NCBI GenBank assembly: GCA_030141605.1
Contig: JAQGDQ010000006.1
Coordinates: 1,575,067 to 1,639,066, forward strand
Direction: 5' to 3'
Origin: Tubiluchus corallicola
Taxonomy: Eukaryota > Animalia > Priapulida
Length of the DNA: 64,000 nt
Below the pieces are notes generated by a model. It saw only the letters and a program-made list of their open reading frames with translations, was not told where the DNA came from and did no database searches. Every line of letters starts with the position of its first letter. Positions within the stretch are counted from its first letter, which is position 1. The position numbers were made by a program, and so were the translations under genes. Of this stretch, positions 42,318 through 56,390 are shown in pieces.

Positions 42318-43160
42318 ATTGTTGTTGTTGCTGCTGCTGCTACTACTGTTGCTGTTGTTGCTGTTGTTGTTGTTGCTGTTACTGCTGTTGCTGCTGTTGT
42401 TGTTGTTGCTGTTGTTGTTGTTGTTGTTGCTGTTGCTGTTGCTGCTGCTCTTGTTGTTTTTGTTGTTGCTGCTGTTGTTGTTGTTGTTGCTGTTGCTGCT
42501 GCTGTAGTTGCTGCTACTGCCGTTGCCGCTATTGCTGTTGCTATTCCTGTAGCTGTTGTTGTTGTTTTTGTTGTTGCTGTTGTTGTTGTCGTTGTCGTTG
42601 TCATTGTCATTTTCGTCATTGCCGTTGTTGTTGTTGTCACTGCTGCTGTTGCCATTGCCGCTATTGCTGTAGCTGTTGTTGTTGTTTTTGTTGTTGCTGT
42701 TGTTGTTGTCGTTGTTGTTGTTGTTTTTGTTGTTGCTGTTGTTGTTGTCGTTGTTGTTGTGATTGTCATTGTCGCCATTGCCGTTGTTGTTGTTGTCACT
42801 GCTGCTGCTGCCGTTGCCGCTATTGCTGTTGCTATTCCTGTAGCTGTTGTTGTTGTCGTTGTTGTTGTTATCACTGTCGCTGTCACTGTTGTTGTTGTTG
42901 TTGCTGCTGCTGTTGTTGTTGTCGTTGTTGTTGTGGTTGTTGCTGCTGGTGTTGTCATTGCCGCTATTGCTGTTGCTGTTCCTGTAGCTGTTGTTGTTGT
43001 CGTTGTCGTTGTCGCTGTCGCTGTTGCTGTTATTGTTGTTGTTGTTGTTGTTGTCATCGTAGTTGTTGCTGCTGCACATGCAGTTACCGCTATTGCTGTT
43101 CCTGTTCCTGTAGCTGTTGTTGTTTTTGTTGTTGTCGCTGTCACTGTCGGTGTCGCTGTA
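42318..43160. repeat. Long degenerate (GTT/GCT)n trinucleotide tract with higher-order units
   Basis: Recurring GCCGCTATTGCTGTTGCTATTCCTGTAGCTGTTGTTG blocks within GTT/GCT runs. Confidence 0.9.
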
Positions 43161-43439
43161 CACGTTTAGTAGTTTTATTACCAGGTGTGGCAATAATGTG
43201 TATTTCTAGGACTGACTCTAATAAGAAAGCTGCCGGCGATAAGTTCACGCCATGCTTAAAAGTAATTATTGAGAATTAGCGACGTTATTTAATTCTTAAC
43301 TCTCAGTGGATGTTAAAGGTACTGAAATGTTATCCTACAGAGCAAAAAGTAGATCTCGATGCGGTAATTTTCAAATCTCAGTCAGTAGAAGAAGCTCTTA
43401 ACTTGAAAGAATTAACATTCTGTATATCGCGTATAATGT

Positions 43440-43480
43440 CGATAACGATAACGATAACGATTACCACAACCATAACCATA

Positions 43481-43515
<35 letters not shown>

Positions 43516-43672
43516 AACGATAACGATAACGATAACAATAACAATAACAATAACAATAACAATCAAAATAGCAATAGCAATAGCAATAACGATAACGATA
43601 ACAATAACGATAACGATACCAATACCGATAACGATAACGATAACAATAACGATAACTAACGATAATGACAAT
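43440..43672. repeat. (GATAAC/AATAAC)n microsatellite
   Basis: Direct reading. Confidence 0.92.
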
Positions 43673-44041
43673 AAAAAATAATAATATGCCAAACAAATAC
43701 GTACGAGAGAAAGAATCTCTATCTGCATCCAATGAGCATTTCGCATTTACCCATATTTCTTTTGGCAGCACTTAACAACGCGCCATTAGGCTCTAAAATC
43801 GAATACAGTCTTTGTATGAATAAGGATTTCTTTTTTCACTTGATTGAAAAAAACATCGTAAATTTAGTTGTCTTAATAATTGCCACTGTAACAGTAACAT
43901 AGTGAAAAGGCCATATATGACAGGGGTGGTGCCAAGAGCCAGAGTTGAAGACACCGGGGAAACCAAGCGAAGTGCAAGAAATATGATTTTGAGAATCTCT
44001 GTCTTAGTATAGTGATGCAGTGAATCGGCAGGCTATTTATG

Positions 44042-44655
44042 TTAAAGGACAAGAAAAGGGGTACCTCCCGTTGAAAGGATTTTTTGTTTGTTTCATTTCA
44101 AATACTCCCCCCCCCCCCCCCCCGACACTGTACCGATCGCGTCCTCATTACCTGATGTCATATATGCACAACGTAAATCAGGGGAAGAAAAGTACATGTT
44201 AGACTATGTCCCAAAAAACTTTCTATGCAAAGCTATGTTACTTAGCATTTCGCTTACCTGCTTAAATGACTTACGTAACTAGAATAGAAAATATTTAATT
44301 ATTTAAAATGTTTTCACCAATAGGTAAAATGTCGCTGTCTCACCCTCCAGGGTGCACCACTCACTAACCAAAAAACATATTTTTAATCTTATTGACAAGA
44401 TACAGTAAATTAAAATTTTACTTACTTAGTGACGTGTGCGCTACGAATGCTCAGATTATATTTCCAAATTTTACTCAGTGTTATCTAAACTTGCCTCAAA
44501 TGACTTATCGTCAAAATGGCTGCTGCTAACTGTCATCGTGGGAGTTTCAATTTACATGTTTTATACAGCGTTAAGGCCGACGCAAACTCTGCATGCAAAA
44601 AGACAGTGCGTAAGTGGTATAAATTTTGAAAACGAATTTTTTAAGCTTTATGTAA
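44042..44655 (+). mobile_element. Family A copy
   Basis: Starts TTAAAGGACAAGAAAAGG and closely follows 3090-3580. Confidence 0.75.
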
Positions 44656-45804
44656 GTGGACGGTATTGTGGAGGGCACAAGGGTATCCCTTTTTTAGTTT
44701 GAGGAAGCTCAAATTTGGCCACCTACTTTGTCACACATGCAAGTTAATATAGAAACTTGTGACAATTTTCAAAAAAAATATCAATCTGTACTAAATAGTT
44801 ATGCACTAATATATATTAAGGTTCATTAATGCTGTAATTGTAGCTTATATACAGCTAGATTGAAATTCTAAAATTATATACGGTGTGTGATGAGTATCCC
44901 AGTACAATGAGTGGATGGTTGATGAAATGGCTCTTTATGGAGGTTTATATTGTTCTCTTCTCTAACAGCTGGTAACATTTAGCAATGATACAAATGAGAA
45001 CATTTGTAAGAACGATACGCTCGTATATAAAATTATTATTTTAAAGAAAATTTTCCGTTTTAGATCAGCTGGCTGCATATCGTTCTAAGCAAGTGACTTG
45101 TGCTTTAAAATTATTGCTGACTTCGGGAAAAGTCACCAACAAAACACTACAAAATGTCACAGATTATCTGTGCAATGCACTAAGTCACAACATTTTAGCT
45201 CTGCTTTTGCGCATATGACAACACAGATATCTGCTCACACATACACGCGCTGTCAAGGTGTGTTTGTTTATCGAGCAATTGTTATAGCAAATAATTTAGA
45301 CACTACATTATTTAGCGTCCATTAACGTTTGGGCTGCAGTACATAACAGGCCTACGCGTGAATAAGAAAAAACATTTTCCATAATGTAGTGTTAGCTTTC
45401 TTGTACTAAAGTTCTGCATAATATGGTTCAGCAAAAATAATCAGGTAGCTTAAAATATTAAGAAAAAATTGTAGTCCATCCAATAGATGCGTTACATAAT
45501 GTTATTTCACGATTTTATAAATATCAATTTTATGGTCAATTTTAGTTGGTTACAATACGTAATAAACTATCCATCTTTGTAATAAAGGATTAATTCGACG
45601 TTATCGCTTTGTTCTACATACAAAAGTGACAAATAAATTACTTCAGTTTCTCAAGAATCTATAATTACAATTAAAGACTCGCTAATATCCAGTGAGACGA
45701 ATAACGAAATTTAAACACAGAAAAAAAAACCAAGATTATTCACAGTTGATTACAAATGTACAAACGTATTAAACATATGATAGAGCGTTCACTGCTTCGT
45801 TCTT

Positions 45805-46230
45805 TTAAAGGCAAAAAGGATGATTTTTCATATCCTCCCCAATTTTGAAGTTCGGGAAAAAGATACATTTTAACGCTTATAATCACGCCAAGGCGTTTCT
45901 GATAATGAAATAATAAGCTAAAAACGTAATTAACGGCTGGTGAGCCCAAATAATAATGACATCCACAAGCGTACTGCACGTATTCGTAAAAAAAAATTGA
46001 AGTACACTGCTACTGTACAATAATCAATGTGATTTAAGTTTAAAATTCAAATTTCAAGTTTACATCTGTTCTCATGCATGAGCTTTCGCATGTGTGCACT
46101 ATGTCACAACTGAACAACTCTGGACTGAAAGGGACAGCACCTGTTTTTTTTCTGCAACACGTTTTCGAGATGCAGGCGCTGGTGCCCGTCTAACTAGAGA
46201 CAGGTAAAATTTAGGTAGTAAAGAACTAGT
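45805..46230 (+). mobile_element. Family B copy, partial
   Basis: TTAAAGGCAAAAAGGATGATTTTTCATAT...ACAGCACCTGTTTTT...ATGCAGGCGCT. Confidence 0.7.
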
Positions 46231-47334
46231 CACAGGCTGCTCAGTGGTGATAGTGGTGATACAATATCAAAATTGAGTTAATTAATTCCACTACGAAGTA
46301 TACTCACTTTGCATCTAGCGATAAAGCTTAATCAAGACGCAAAAAGCTTCTCAAAATGTGGAAAAAAGCGTCAATTATTTGACAGTTCATCTCATTTCGA
46401 GCAACTTGACTTTACGACAAACATTTTTCGATTTTCGACTTTCGAGAACAAATAACAAATCACTTCTAGCCGCACTTCACAGCGATAAACCCTAAAAACC
46501 GGTGTTAAAACGCCGAGATGTCGGCGGTCTATACTTTACACGTCGGCGCGATGAAACCTGTCAATTTTTGCGTCGTTACGTCCTTTGCGCTCAGAGAGCA
46601 AAACGAAACTCACGTGGTAGCAGTTAAGTTCGAGATTGGCTTCATATAACCTTACCATTAGAGCAGTTCCTCGTGTGTTGCGTGTTAATTACTGCGAAGT
46701 ATGCAGGGGTGGCAAACAGTGCGCGCAATCTCTGCAGTAACAGTAACTGTGTAACTCGGGGCAATCAAAGGTCAAGCTAATCTCAAAATTATGTTTTTTT
46801 AGATTCTACACGCATTCTTTGTCGGCTTGCTTCATTAATAACCTTGATTTTAGCGCTCACTTTAATACTCCTTGTTTAACATCGCTGTAAATAAGGTTAC
46901 ACGCACAAATTAGAAAAGCTAATTACAGAATGCGTAACATGTAATATTGTAGAATTCACTCTAGTATCTATGTAAAATTTTTTAATAGTTGTACAGAAAT
47001 TTTTGCCTGCAAAAAAGGCTAATAAAGACTTATCATCATCATCATTTTGTCGGACTGCCATTAATATGCCAGCCAAATTGCCAATGTATAGTAGGGCTAG
47101 GTTAGTTCTGCTAGTAGTGTAAACTCTTAAAGAGGTTTAGAAACGTTTTAGTCGGCCAAAAACAAAAATCCTTTTTTCAGGCTGGTGACAGTCTATTATC
47201 GAGATATGCTGGCAATATAAATTCTTACATAAAAGGGTTTGAACTGGCAATAGCCAAATGTCCTTTTTAAGCAGTTGAGTTAATTACTATGATTAGCAGC
47301 ATAAAGCTGCCACAAAGAACGTCAGGACGTTGAG

Positions 47335-47356
47335 ACATTCAGACAGACAGACATTC

Positions 47357-47401
<45 letters not shown>

Positions 47402-47430
47402 AACAGACAGACAGACAGACAAACAGACAG
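47335..47430. repeat. (CAGA)n microsatellite
   Basis: Direct reading. Confidence 0.93.
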
Positions 47431-47839
47431 AATATAAACACAGAATGAGTTGACATAAATATAATGCACGGATAGGAGGACGCAAAACATATTTTACATA
47501 AATATTAGATCTGTCAAAAAAGCTCAGTTTAATGCAAGAGTTGTTAGGTCAGCCGCCCTGATGCGCGCGATGAAAAAAAATCGCATATGCATGAGAAGAA
47601 AAAGGGAGCAAAGAAGTCATTGGTCGTTTGCCACATACGTTAGACATTACATGCAGTTTTGTTGAGTTTGGCTTTTCAGCTGGCGGTGAATTACTATTGT
47701 CCATTGTGCACACTTAGCGTGACCTTCCTAGCAAATTGAAAGTTGATATTGCAATACAAAAGCCGTAACGTAATCTTGTACTACAGGTTATCTTCTTTGC
47801 ACAGACTGAATAGGAAGCTACAACGTACAAGTTGCAGGC

Positions 47840-48424
47840 TTAAAGGGAAACAGGATGATTTTTCATATACTACCCCATTTTCAAGTACGGCAAGTAGTAT
47901 ACTTTTTAACAGGTGCAAAAGCATTTCTGATAAATAATATATTAAAATCTTAATTAACGGCGGGCGAGCCTAACAAGTGATGACATCAACATCTAACATA
48001 ATTTTTAACATCAAAAACATTCGCTGAGCGCATGCTTCCGAAAGCGAAAATTGAAGTACAGTGCTACTGTAAGAGATTCAGTGTGTTGTAGTAAAACTCG
48101 GCAAGTTTTAAGATAAAAATTCAAATTTCAAATTTACCGCTGTACACACGCAAGAGCTGTCGAACGTGTAGATTTCGTCACAAATTAGCACATCCGAACT
48201 GAGAGGCACAGCACCTGTTTTTTCTGCAACTCTTTCCGAAATGCAGGCGCTAGTGCCCGTCCAACTAGCGAATGGCGAAATGTATGTAACAGCGAAAAGC
48301 TGGTGGCGCCAACGCGAAATTGTGTTTGTGTGGTAATAATTCTTTCGCGTAAGTCATTTTTGAAAAAAAATAGTATGTTATTGTTTTGACTTACAGTTTA
48401 ACATTGGGTCCGGTTTTGCTTTAA
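47840..48424 (+). mobile_element. Family B copy, complete
   Basis: TTAA|AGGGAAACAGGATG ... GGGTCCGGTTTTGCT|TTAA. Confidence 0.78.
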
Positions 48425-49285
48425 AAGGAGCTTAACAATGTAAAGCCCTTAGAGCGGTGGTCAAAACCTGATGGTCCAGCGTTGACCTAGCTCACAGTGC
48501 TGATCAAGGTTTTTTAACTTGTGTTAAGCCAATTAACATTTTGTTAGTAGATTCTCGCCCCTTGATGTTTTAATCTGGCCTTGACTTAGTCTGATATTTG
48601 GACTTGAACTGGGTTAGGTATAGGTGGGTGCCAGTAATATTTCAATTAACTTTAGTTTCAGCTATGTCGTTGCTGACAAGTCTTCTTGAATAATAACGTT
48701 GATCCCCTGATAAAAGAGAGGTCTGCTACATTTCACGTACACGAAGCCTCTGCAGAGTTGGCCACTTTCCAAATGGCGCTCCAGCACTCAGCGACAGGTC
48801 CTACTATATGTACATGTTTGTGGCGAGACCGGTGCATAGCTCGTTATCAAAGATTAAATATTAGTTAGATTATTGAGTGAGATTATTAGTGACCACACAG
48901 CTAATAATCACACCCTCTACACCAGCTTTACTTATCTAGCTGCTTTTAAACACGTTAAGTGATGTTTTTCAAAGTTTATCCTCACAAAATCGTCTGACAT
49001 GATGATGTAAAATGTTATGACATGCTGTAAGTTAAGTTATACTTTTAAGGCCACGTATCCACTAAAAGTACAAACAGACACGCACAGAAACAAATTTTTT
49101 CCTTCTGACATTTTCTGCTGCAAAAACTGCATCAGCTAAGCACGCGCGCAACGCAAGAAAGCTTGAAAATAAATCTGATATGTGGCTGAAATACTGTTAG
49201 AACAAAATATAATTTTTTTACTCTAAAAAACTTTTAATGTTGTGGTAAGAAAGGGTTCAAACAATCTTTGAAAAAAGAGCAAAAT

Positions 49286-49620
49286 AAGTAAACATTATAA
49301 GTTGTACAAGACGAAAACAAAACTAATATATTCGTTAGTCAAAGTAAACATTATAAGTTGTACAAGACGAAGAGAAAACTAATATATTCATTAGTCAAAG
49401 TAAACATTATAAGTTGTACAAGACAAAGAGAAAACTAATATATTCATTAGTCAAAGTAAACATTATAAGTTGTACAAGGCAAAGAGAAAACTAATATATT
49501 CATTAGTCAAAGTAAACATTATAAGTTGTACAAGGCAAAGAGAAAACTAATATATTCATTAGTCAAAGTAAACATTATAAGTTGTACAAGACAAAGAGAA
49601 AACTAATATATTCATTAGTC
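49286..49620. repeat. 56-bp minisatellite, 6 near-identical copies
   Basis: Unit AAAGTAAACATTATAAGTTGTACAAGACRAAGAGAAAACTAATATATTCATTAGTC at about 49286, 49341, 49397, 49453, 49509, 49565. Confidence 0.95.
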
Positions 49621-49809
49621 AACGCCTAGTTTAGAGAAACCATTTGTTACTGCATTAAAGTATTTTAAATTTATACAATAAACTTGTTATGGAGCCTTAC
49701 AGCTGTTAGGTATTTGGACTAGTTGCTTATTATTTGAAATTTTCGTTTTTCATGTACATGTTAAGTGTGTAGAATATTAAAAAGAATAATCTACGTAATA
49801 CTTTACACA

Positions 49810-50258
49810 CAAAGCTATGTTGTTTATCGTAACCTGCTTGAGAGACTTACGTAAGTAGAAACGAAAATTCTTACTGTAATTTAAAATGCTCGCGCCAACT
49901 GGTTAAATGTCACTGACTCACCTTCCCAATGTGCACCACTGACTCACAAAAAACGTATTTTTAGTCTTAGTGTGAAGATACAACAATTTATCTTTTTGCT
50001 TAATGGTGAAGTGTGCTCTACGAATGCTCTGACTATTTTTCAAATTCTACGCAATGTTATATAAACTTGTTTCAAACGACTTACTGTCAAAATGGCTGCT
50101 CTTAACGGTCTCATTGCGGAAGGTTAAATTTACAAGTTTTGCACAGCATTGCTTCTAATACAAGCTGTATGAGTTATAAGGCAATACGTAGGTGATACAA
50201 AATTTCAAAACGAATTTTTTTCACCTTTATAAATGTAATGGTTTTTCTTGTGTTTTAA
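49810..50258 (+). mobile_element. Family A copy, 5'-truncated
   Basis: GTGCACCACTGACTCACAAAAAACGTATTTTTA...TACGAATGCTCTGA...; ends TTTTCTTGTGTTTTAA. Confidence 0.7.
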
Positions 50259-50414
50259 ATGCACGTTATGCATAAAAGTAAATGAATGGATTTAGGCCGT
50301 AACTTTACGTACCGAGCTACATGTATAGGTTTTTCCTGTAGAAGGCATGCTGGTGTGACACTTTTCTTCTGGTTAAAGCCGGACATAAATATTCAATTAC
50401 CTATTTATTTTAAT

Positions 50415-50878
50415 GTCATCTCATCTCATCTCACCTCATCTCATCTCATCGCATCTTCTCTCCTCTCCTCTCATTGCATTTCGTCTCACCTCACCTCACC
50501 TCAACTCAACTCACCTCATCTCATCTCAATTTACCTCACTTCATCTCATTTCATCTCATCTGATCTCAACTGATCTCATTTCACCTCACCTCATTTCATC
50601 TCATCTCATTCCATCTCAACTGATCTCATTTCACCTCACCTCATTTCATCTCATCTCATTCCATCTCAACTGATCTCATTTCACCTCACCTCACCTCATC
50701 TCATTTTATCTCATCTCACCTCATCTCAACTCATTTCACTTCACCTCACTTCACCTCACTTCATCTCATCTCATCTCATCTCATTTCACCTCACCTCACC
50801 TCACCTCATCTCATCTCATCTCATCTCATCTCATTTCGTCCCACCTCACCTCACCTCATCTCATCTTGTCTTACCTCA
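50415..50878. repeat. (CTCAT/CTCAC)n pentamer tract
   Basis: Direct reading. Confidence 0.93.
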
Positions 50879-51649
50879 ATAGATTTTTTGTACAACGTGT
50901 CATAATACATACACACATTAAGCAATATAAATTTATATATATAAGCAGAATTAATCAACAAAGAAATATTTTAAAACTTGCTGTTTTGAATTAAATTGGC
51001 TCAGAGTCATTATTGCACTGCGTGGTCTCTGTAAGGAATTAGAGGGGTTTCTGCGGTTCCGTGGATATGCGCATTCATACATATGCAAATTTTGTGATGA
51101 AAACTGAGAGTCTTTGCGGACTATTGCGAGCGCAGTGGATACGCACCCTAAGTTATGCTGATATTATCCTTGAATTATTGGGCCGCATTAAACAGGAAGG
51201 CTTGTCCACATCACGACATGATTGATCAAGATTATTGACCAAGATTATCATTTTCACAACACTGAAATTACACGGAGCGTGAAACCCTTTGAAATCGAGC
51301 AACAATACAGCTCCTATCACGCACGGTAATAATTAAAGTGGGAGAGAAGAAATTGGATGAAACATCTCAAACTTCCATCAAGAAAAGTTGAGCATTTCGT
51401 CCTTGAGTCTTGTCAGGTGGTTATTAATCTTCCTGAGCTGATCTCAGTCACAAAAGTGCAATGACAAAATATAGCAATCATTCTGCAAGCGACACCCACA
51501 CAGTGGTGGATTTAGGACAGGGCCACTGGGGTTGCTGCTCCGGGGCTTCCACGTAAGAGGGTCCTCCATAATGTGCATATAATCAAGTTCATTTACTACA
51601 CATTGTTGACTTTAATTAACTAAATTTATGATAAAACAATAATAACAAT

Positions 51650-51835
51650 CATGACTGACTGACTAGCTGGCTGGCTGGCTGACTGTCTGACTGACAGACT
51701 AACTGACTGACTGACTCATTGACTCACTCACTCACTGATTTGATTTAACTATTTATTTCGAACTGACTGACTGACGGACTGCCTGCCTGCCTGACTTACT
51801 GATTGACTAACTAACTAAATGAATGAATGAATGAC
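51650..51835. repeat. (CTGA)n-type degenerate tetramer tract
   Basis: Direct reading. Confidence 0.85.
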
Positions 51836-54379
51836 TTTTTGGATATTTACACATTTTACTTACTTTCTTAGACTTAAGTTAATCAGCCATTAGCGATATG
51901 TCATCAAAGGATTCAAAATTGCTAAAAAATACAATAAAGAGGCGTTTGGCGGACTGTGCTATGAGAGCTTACATCACTCACCCAGATGCTCTATAACCGG
52001 TTGCTCTGGGACGCCTACATTTCTTAATTCAATCTGTGCTCACGAGACGCTAACCAACACCTTACAGAGACAATTTGGGATACCTATTTTTGCATAACGC
52101 CGTGACTGACCTAATGTACAAACTATCGATAATTTGCAGCCATTTTAAACATTAAGGTGCGTCTTAAATACGATAAATAATTCAAAGATGCATTCATCTT
52201 AAACCGCCACCTCCAAATAGTGCACATATTAGAATTAGAATTTCGTGAAGATACAATTGCACTTACTTCTGCTTCCATACACTGCGTGGTCATCTAGAAT
52301 CTCATTGACTTAACACGATGGGTAGATGATAAAAGATATATGTTCGTCCACAAATGCACGTTCTTTACATTTAGCACATGGCTTCATCAGCATTCTTAAC
52401 TTCTACTTCAACTAGGTAGCGAAAATGCGATTGGTTGACATTATTAAAGGAATCATGATAGTGAGGTAACTTTTTATTTGCATGTCTATTAAACTTCGTT
52501 CATTAGAAAAACAAATAACCGTTCACAAATACAAATATTATCGATGTATAAACGTTATTTGTACACAGTCCATCTTGGCGCGAGTGAATCATGAGAGTAC
52601 GCTGCACAAAATTACTTGCCTCTGTCGTGGGATAAACTTGTTTCAAAATTGAAGCCAAGTCAAGCTTAACCGGCTTATCACTTGCACTGCCTATTGGTCG
52701 CCACTAGTTAAAGTTGAGTAAACAAACACAAGTTTATAATGTCAGCTAAAACTTTCAGTATGGAGGAAGTTTTTATTCAACAAAAAAACGATTAGCATGT
52801 AACAGAAATTATTTAGGACAAGTGTACAGCTGAAAATGTATGTATTATGCGAACATCGGATAATTCGTACAAGCGCATCGTTCGTATTAACCGAAGTTAT
52901 GCTTGTGCCGCCATAGTCTTTAATTACAGCTTGCATTTCGTGCAGATTTGCTTTTTTGGATACTGCATGTTGTTTCTGATGTGTCATCACGATTGTTTAT
53001 CATATTACAAAAGTTGCTAAACAAGCGCCACCTTGCTGTAACCTTGGGTGTTACGTAAACTTAGCACATAGAAAATTCAGCGCACAAAGGGTTAGAATGA
53101 CAATGGATGTTAAAACGACACCCAATTAGCGTGACACTTGAGACCCAAAACTCAATTACCTGCAGACTAAGTTCAAGTGACAACTCTCAATTAACAGAGG
53201 ATGTTTTTAACTTAGAAACGTTTTTTAAAGCTTTTGTTCTGAAATATCTAACACTCTGAGGAGATTTTGTCAGACAATAATATCAGTAATTCGATGAACA
53301 GATAATAAATTTACACTACTGGATGTTGTCTTAATTTACTTTGGCAAAATTTGGCTGTGCACCACAGAGTCCTGTGACAGTGGAAGCTATTACAGCGGTC
53401 TCCTCCAGAAAGGAGAGGAGCGTCATTTCCAGTGAGGGACTTCTCTTATACGAGCATCATAAAGAACATCATTAAAGAAAGCAAGCTGTGCTTCAATAAA
53501 AACAAACTTTATTAAGAAGACTTGGTCAGAAGTTAGATGCTCAGGTTCGCTTATTTTCGTTTTCTACTCCCGCCCTAGAATCTCTCTTGAATAAGTCCAT
53601 TTATTTACAGCTGTGCTGCAAGACTTACCAGCTGAAAAATCAGAAATCACCAAGACAACATGGTGATTGTGGAAAGTGCTATTTTTGGTGAGATGCGCTC
53701 CATGCATGGAGGTTAGTGAGACATAGGATGTTTGTAAGAATTAAAAGCGTCTGTAGAACATGTGTTTATCAGTAAGAGATTGCCACTTCATTTTCTGTAT
53801 ACATAATAACACCAAAATTATGTGTTTATTTATATTTACGTAATACAAATTACAGTGATAAAATAATTTCTCAGTTACTAAAGTAAATTATGCATGCAAA
53901 CTACAGACGATATTACGATAAATAAAAAGTTAAAACTGGCTGAAATATATGGTGAAATGTGCCAATATCGTACACGTCGGACAATTCGTTTTAGGCTTTT
54001 ACAGAATATAACAAGATAGTATAGACACTCTTTTTCCTTCCTTCCTTTTCCACCCTTTCATTAGTAAAAGAGAAGAAAAACAGAGTTTATTCCACTTTGT
54101 TATTTTTGGTACAACCTTGAAGCTCACTGTTCGATATTAGCCCAATATTTTACCCAATATAATTTTATAAAGCATTAAAACGATTCTGCATTAAATTACG
54201 GTAAGATTAAACAAAGAATAAAAAGAAAATGTGTCTCAAATGTGAGCCCTTTCTTTAGGCCGTCCCTAGCAGAAGTGAATGCTTGACTGAGATTCATTTA
54301 TTTACACTCTATGAATGAATGTCTTTGTGCACGAGTTACAGGAAGCTGTAACTCGTTAAAACGTAAAACGTTAAAAATG

Positions 54380-55300
54380 AAAACTTTAGAAAACTAAATA
54401 CAATGCAAAACTACGCACTTAGATTAATTCATGGCTCCTCTAACAAAACTGCTAAACAACATGCTGCTTCTGCAACAAGCTTAAGAGCGTCCGCAAAAAT
54501 ACCAATATCAGAAGCCTATCGAGATTACAAAACACTGATATTTCTTTATAAATATATCAATAAACTGAGCATTCCATTTATAAACAATCCCTTAGCATTC
54601 ATTCCTGATACCACTTTAAACAATAGAACACACAATTTAAAGCAAATTACAGTAAACAATAAATTTGGAAATAACTCTATATCAAAACAGGCCATACATT
54701 TATGGAACTTACTACTCAGTGACATAAAACTAATAGAATCTCTCCACCAATTTAAAAAGAAATTAAAAGAATATCAATATAACAGGTGTCAAGTTCCACA
54801 TTGTGCATCTGATACTAATTACACAGACTCAACTTTCATCTACCCCCGCCCCTGACTCCATAAAACGATTAAAAAAGTAAAATTTTTAAAAAATTATGTA
54901 ATGTAATACGTGTTACGTCAGTTTTGTAATGTCAAATGTAAAAATAGTGAAAGTAATGAGTTAACATTAACAAAATGTAATGAGTGAAATTTATGTAATG
55001 TAAAGCATGTTTCTGTTGTGTCATGAAAAATGTATATATGTGTAAAATATGTCATGTAAAATTTAATGTACTTTTGTAATATTGTTTTGTAAAAATATTT
55101 TAATATTGTGTTTGTAAATATGTTCATTTATTGCATATAATTAGGCCTTAGTTTTGCACTTTAGTTTTTTTTTTAGTCTGCACTGGACGCATTTGTCTTG
55201 AACAGTGTTGTTATTTTAACATTACGCTGAGGATTACTCAATTTTATTATAATGAGTGAGCCATTTTAATGACAAATAAAGAATTAATATATATATATAT
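54380..55300 (+). mobile_element. L2/CR1-group LINE 3' fragment with UTR and (AT)n tail
   Basis: QNYALRLI...LIFLYKYIN...AIHLWNLLLSDIKLIESLHQFKKKLKEY, then a TGTAA-rich UTR, AATAAA and (AT)n. Confidence 0.75.
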
Positions 55301-56390
55301 AAGCCATGTGATTTTGGCAATTGTTTTGTTGGAGAAAAATGTTACAAATAATCCGCTTTACGTTCATTTTCTGGTAATCTCTAATAATAGCCTAGGACGC
55401 CAAAGTTTGAGGAGCGTCACGTTTTAGACAAAATTCTTATTCTCCTCGGAAAATGTGCATACTTTCATATTCATGTAAACGGCGCATGTTATAACACACC
55501 ACAGGCAGTTACTCATCTCCCCTTCTATATATGTACCACATAACAAACAGATGCAAGGTATTACACAACAAACAGTTGCGCAATTGCACGAATATAAACG
55601 CTGTGCAAATACACATAAATAAGAATGATCACGTAGAAACTAGGTTAATAGTGTTTCTAATACACCACAAGTAATTGTTTAATCTGCTCATTGCATTAAC
55701 AGCCACAAATTCACAATAGAGATGGGCAGCACAGAACTAGGGCGTCGCAAAGTCTTGATACGCCCCTGCTAATAGCGCAGGTACTCAACGAAAAAAGTAG
55801 TTACTAGAATAGCAATCTCATGTAAATTATAGAGACATATAAAAACATGCGATAAACTGATTTGAGGAAAGCAGGAATAATGGTGATCTTGTCATGGAAC
55901 TTGGGATATATAAGAACGCTAACGCTGTTGTTTGAAATTTCCTTAATGTCTGCTGTTCGTGTAACACTGGCGTGGCTCTTTGATATCGATTATTTGCAAG
56001 TTACCACATGGACGTGGATCGTCTTGTGTTTTTGTTTGCGGAGTTTTTTTTTGTTTGCTTGCTTCAAATTTTTGCTCACTGTTTGTAAGTTGGTTTTCTT
56101 AACTCAAATAGCAAATGCTCGTGGCCCAGAACGTTTAAAAAATTTTATGTGAAAAACTACAAAACCAAACGCCAAAAAAATGTTTCACGTATTAAATAAC
56201 TTGTAAATGTGTTTGGGCAACATTCCGGGGATTTTTCCTTGCACAAGTAAGATGCTGGAAAGCAAACACAAGTATACGTAGATGATTTTAAGTTATTTTC
56301 ATTAATGGAAATGCGTTCTGCAGGCTTTGCTATTTATTACATGCAGAAATGGGATGTTTTGTGTGTCAGTGCAAAACCAGAGACCTCTCT

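Noticed and set aside
42161-43279. Long Thr/Ala-rich (mucin-like), Asn-rich and Cys-rich ORFs
   Set aside because: Several frames on both strands are open simply because the tract is GTT/GCT repeats; I found no convincing splice partners or non-repetitive domain.
49286-49620. CRISPR-like regularly spaced repeat
   Set aside because: Units are contiguous and near-identical with no unique spacers, there are no cas genes, and the context is eukaryotic; it is a minisatellite.
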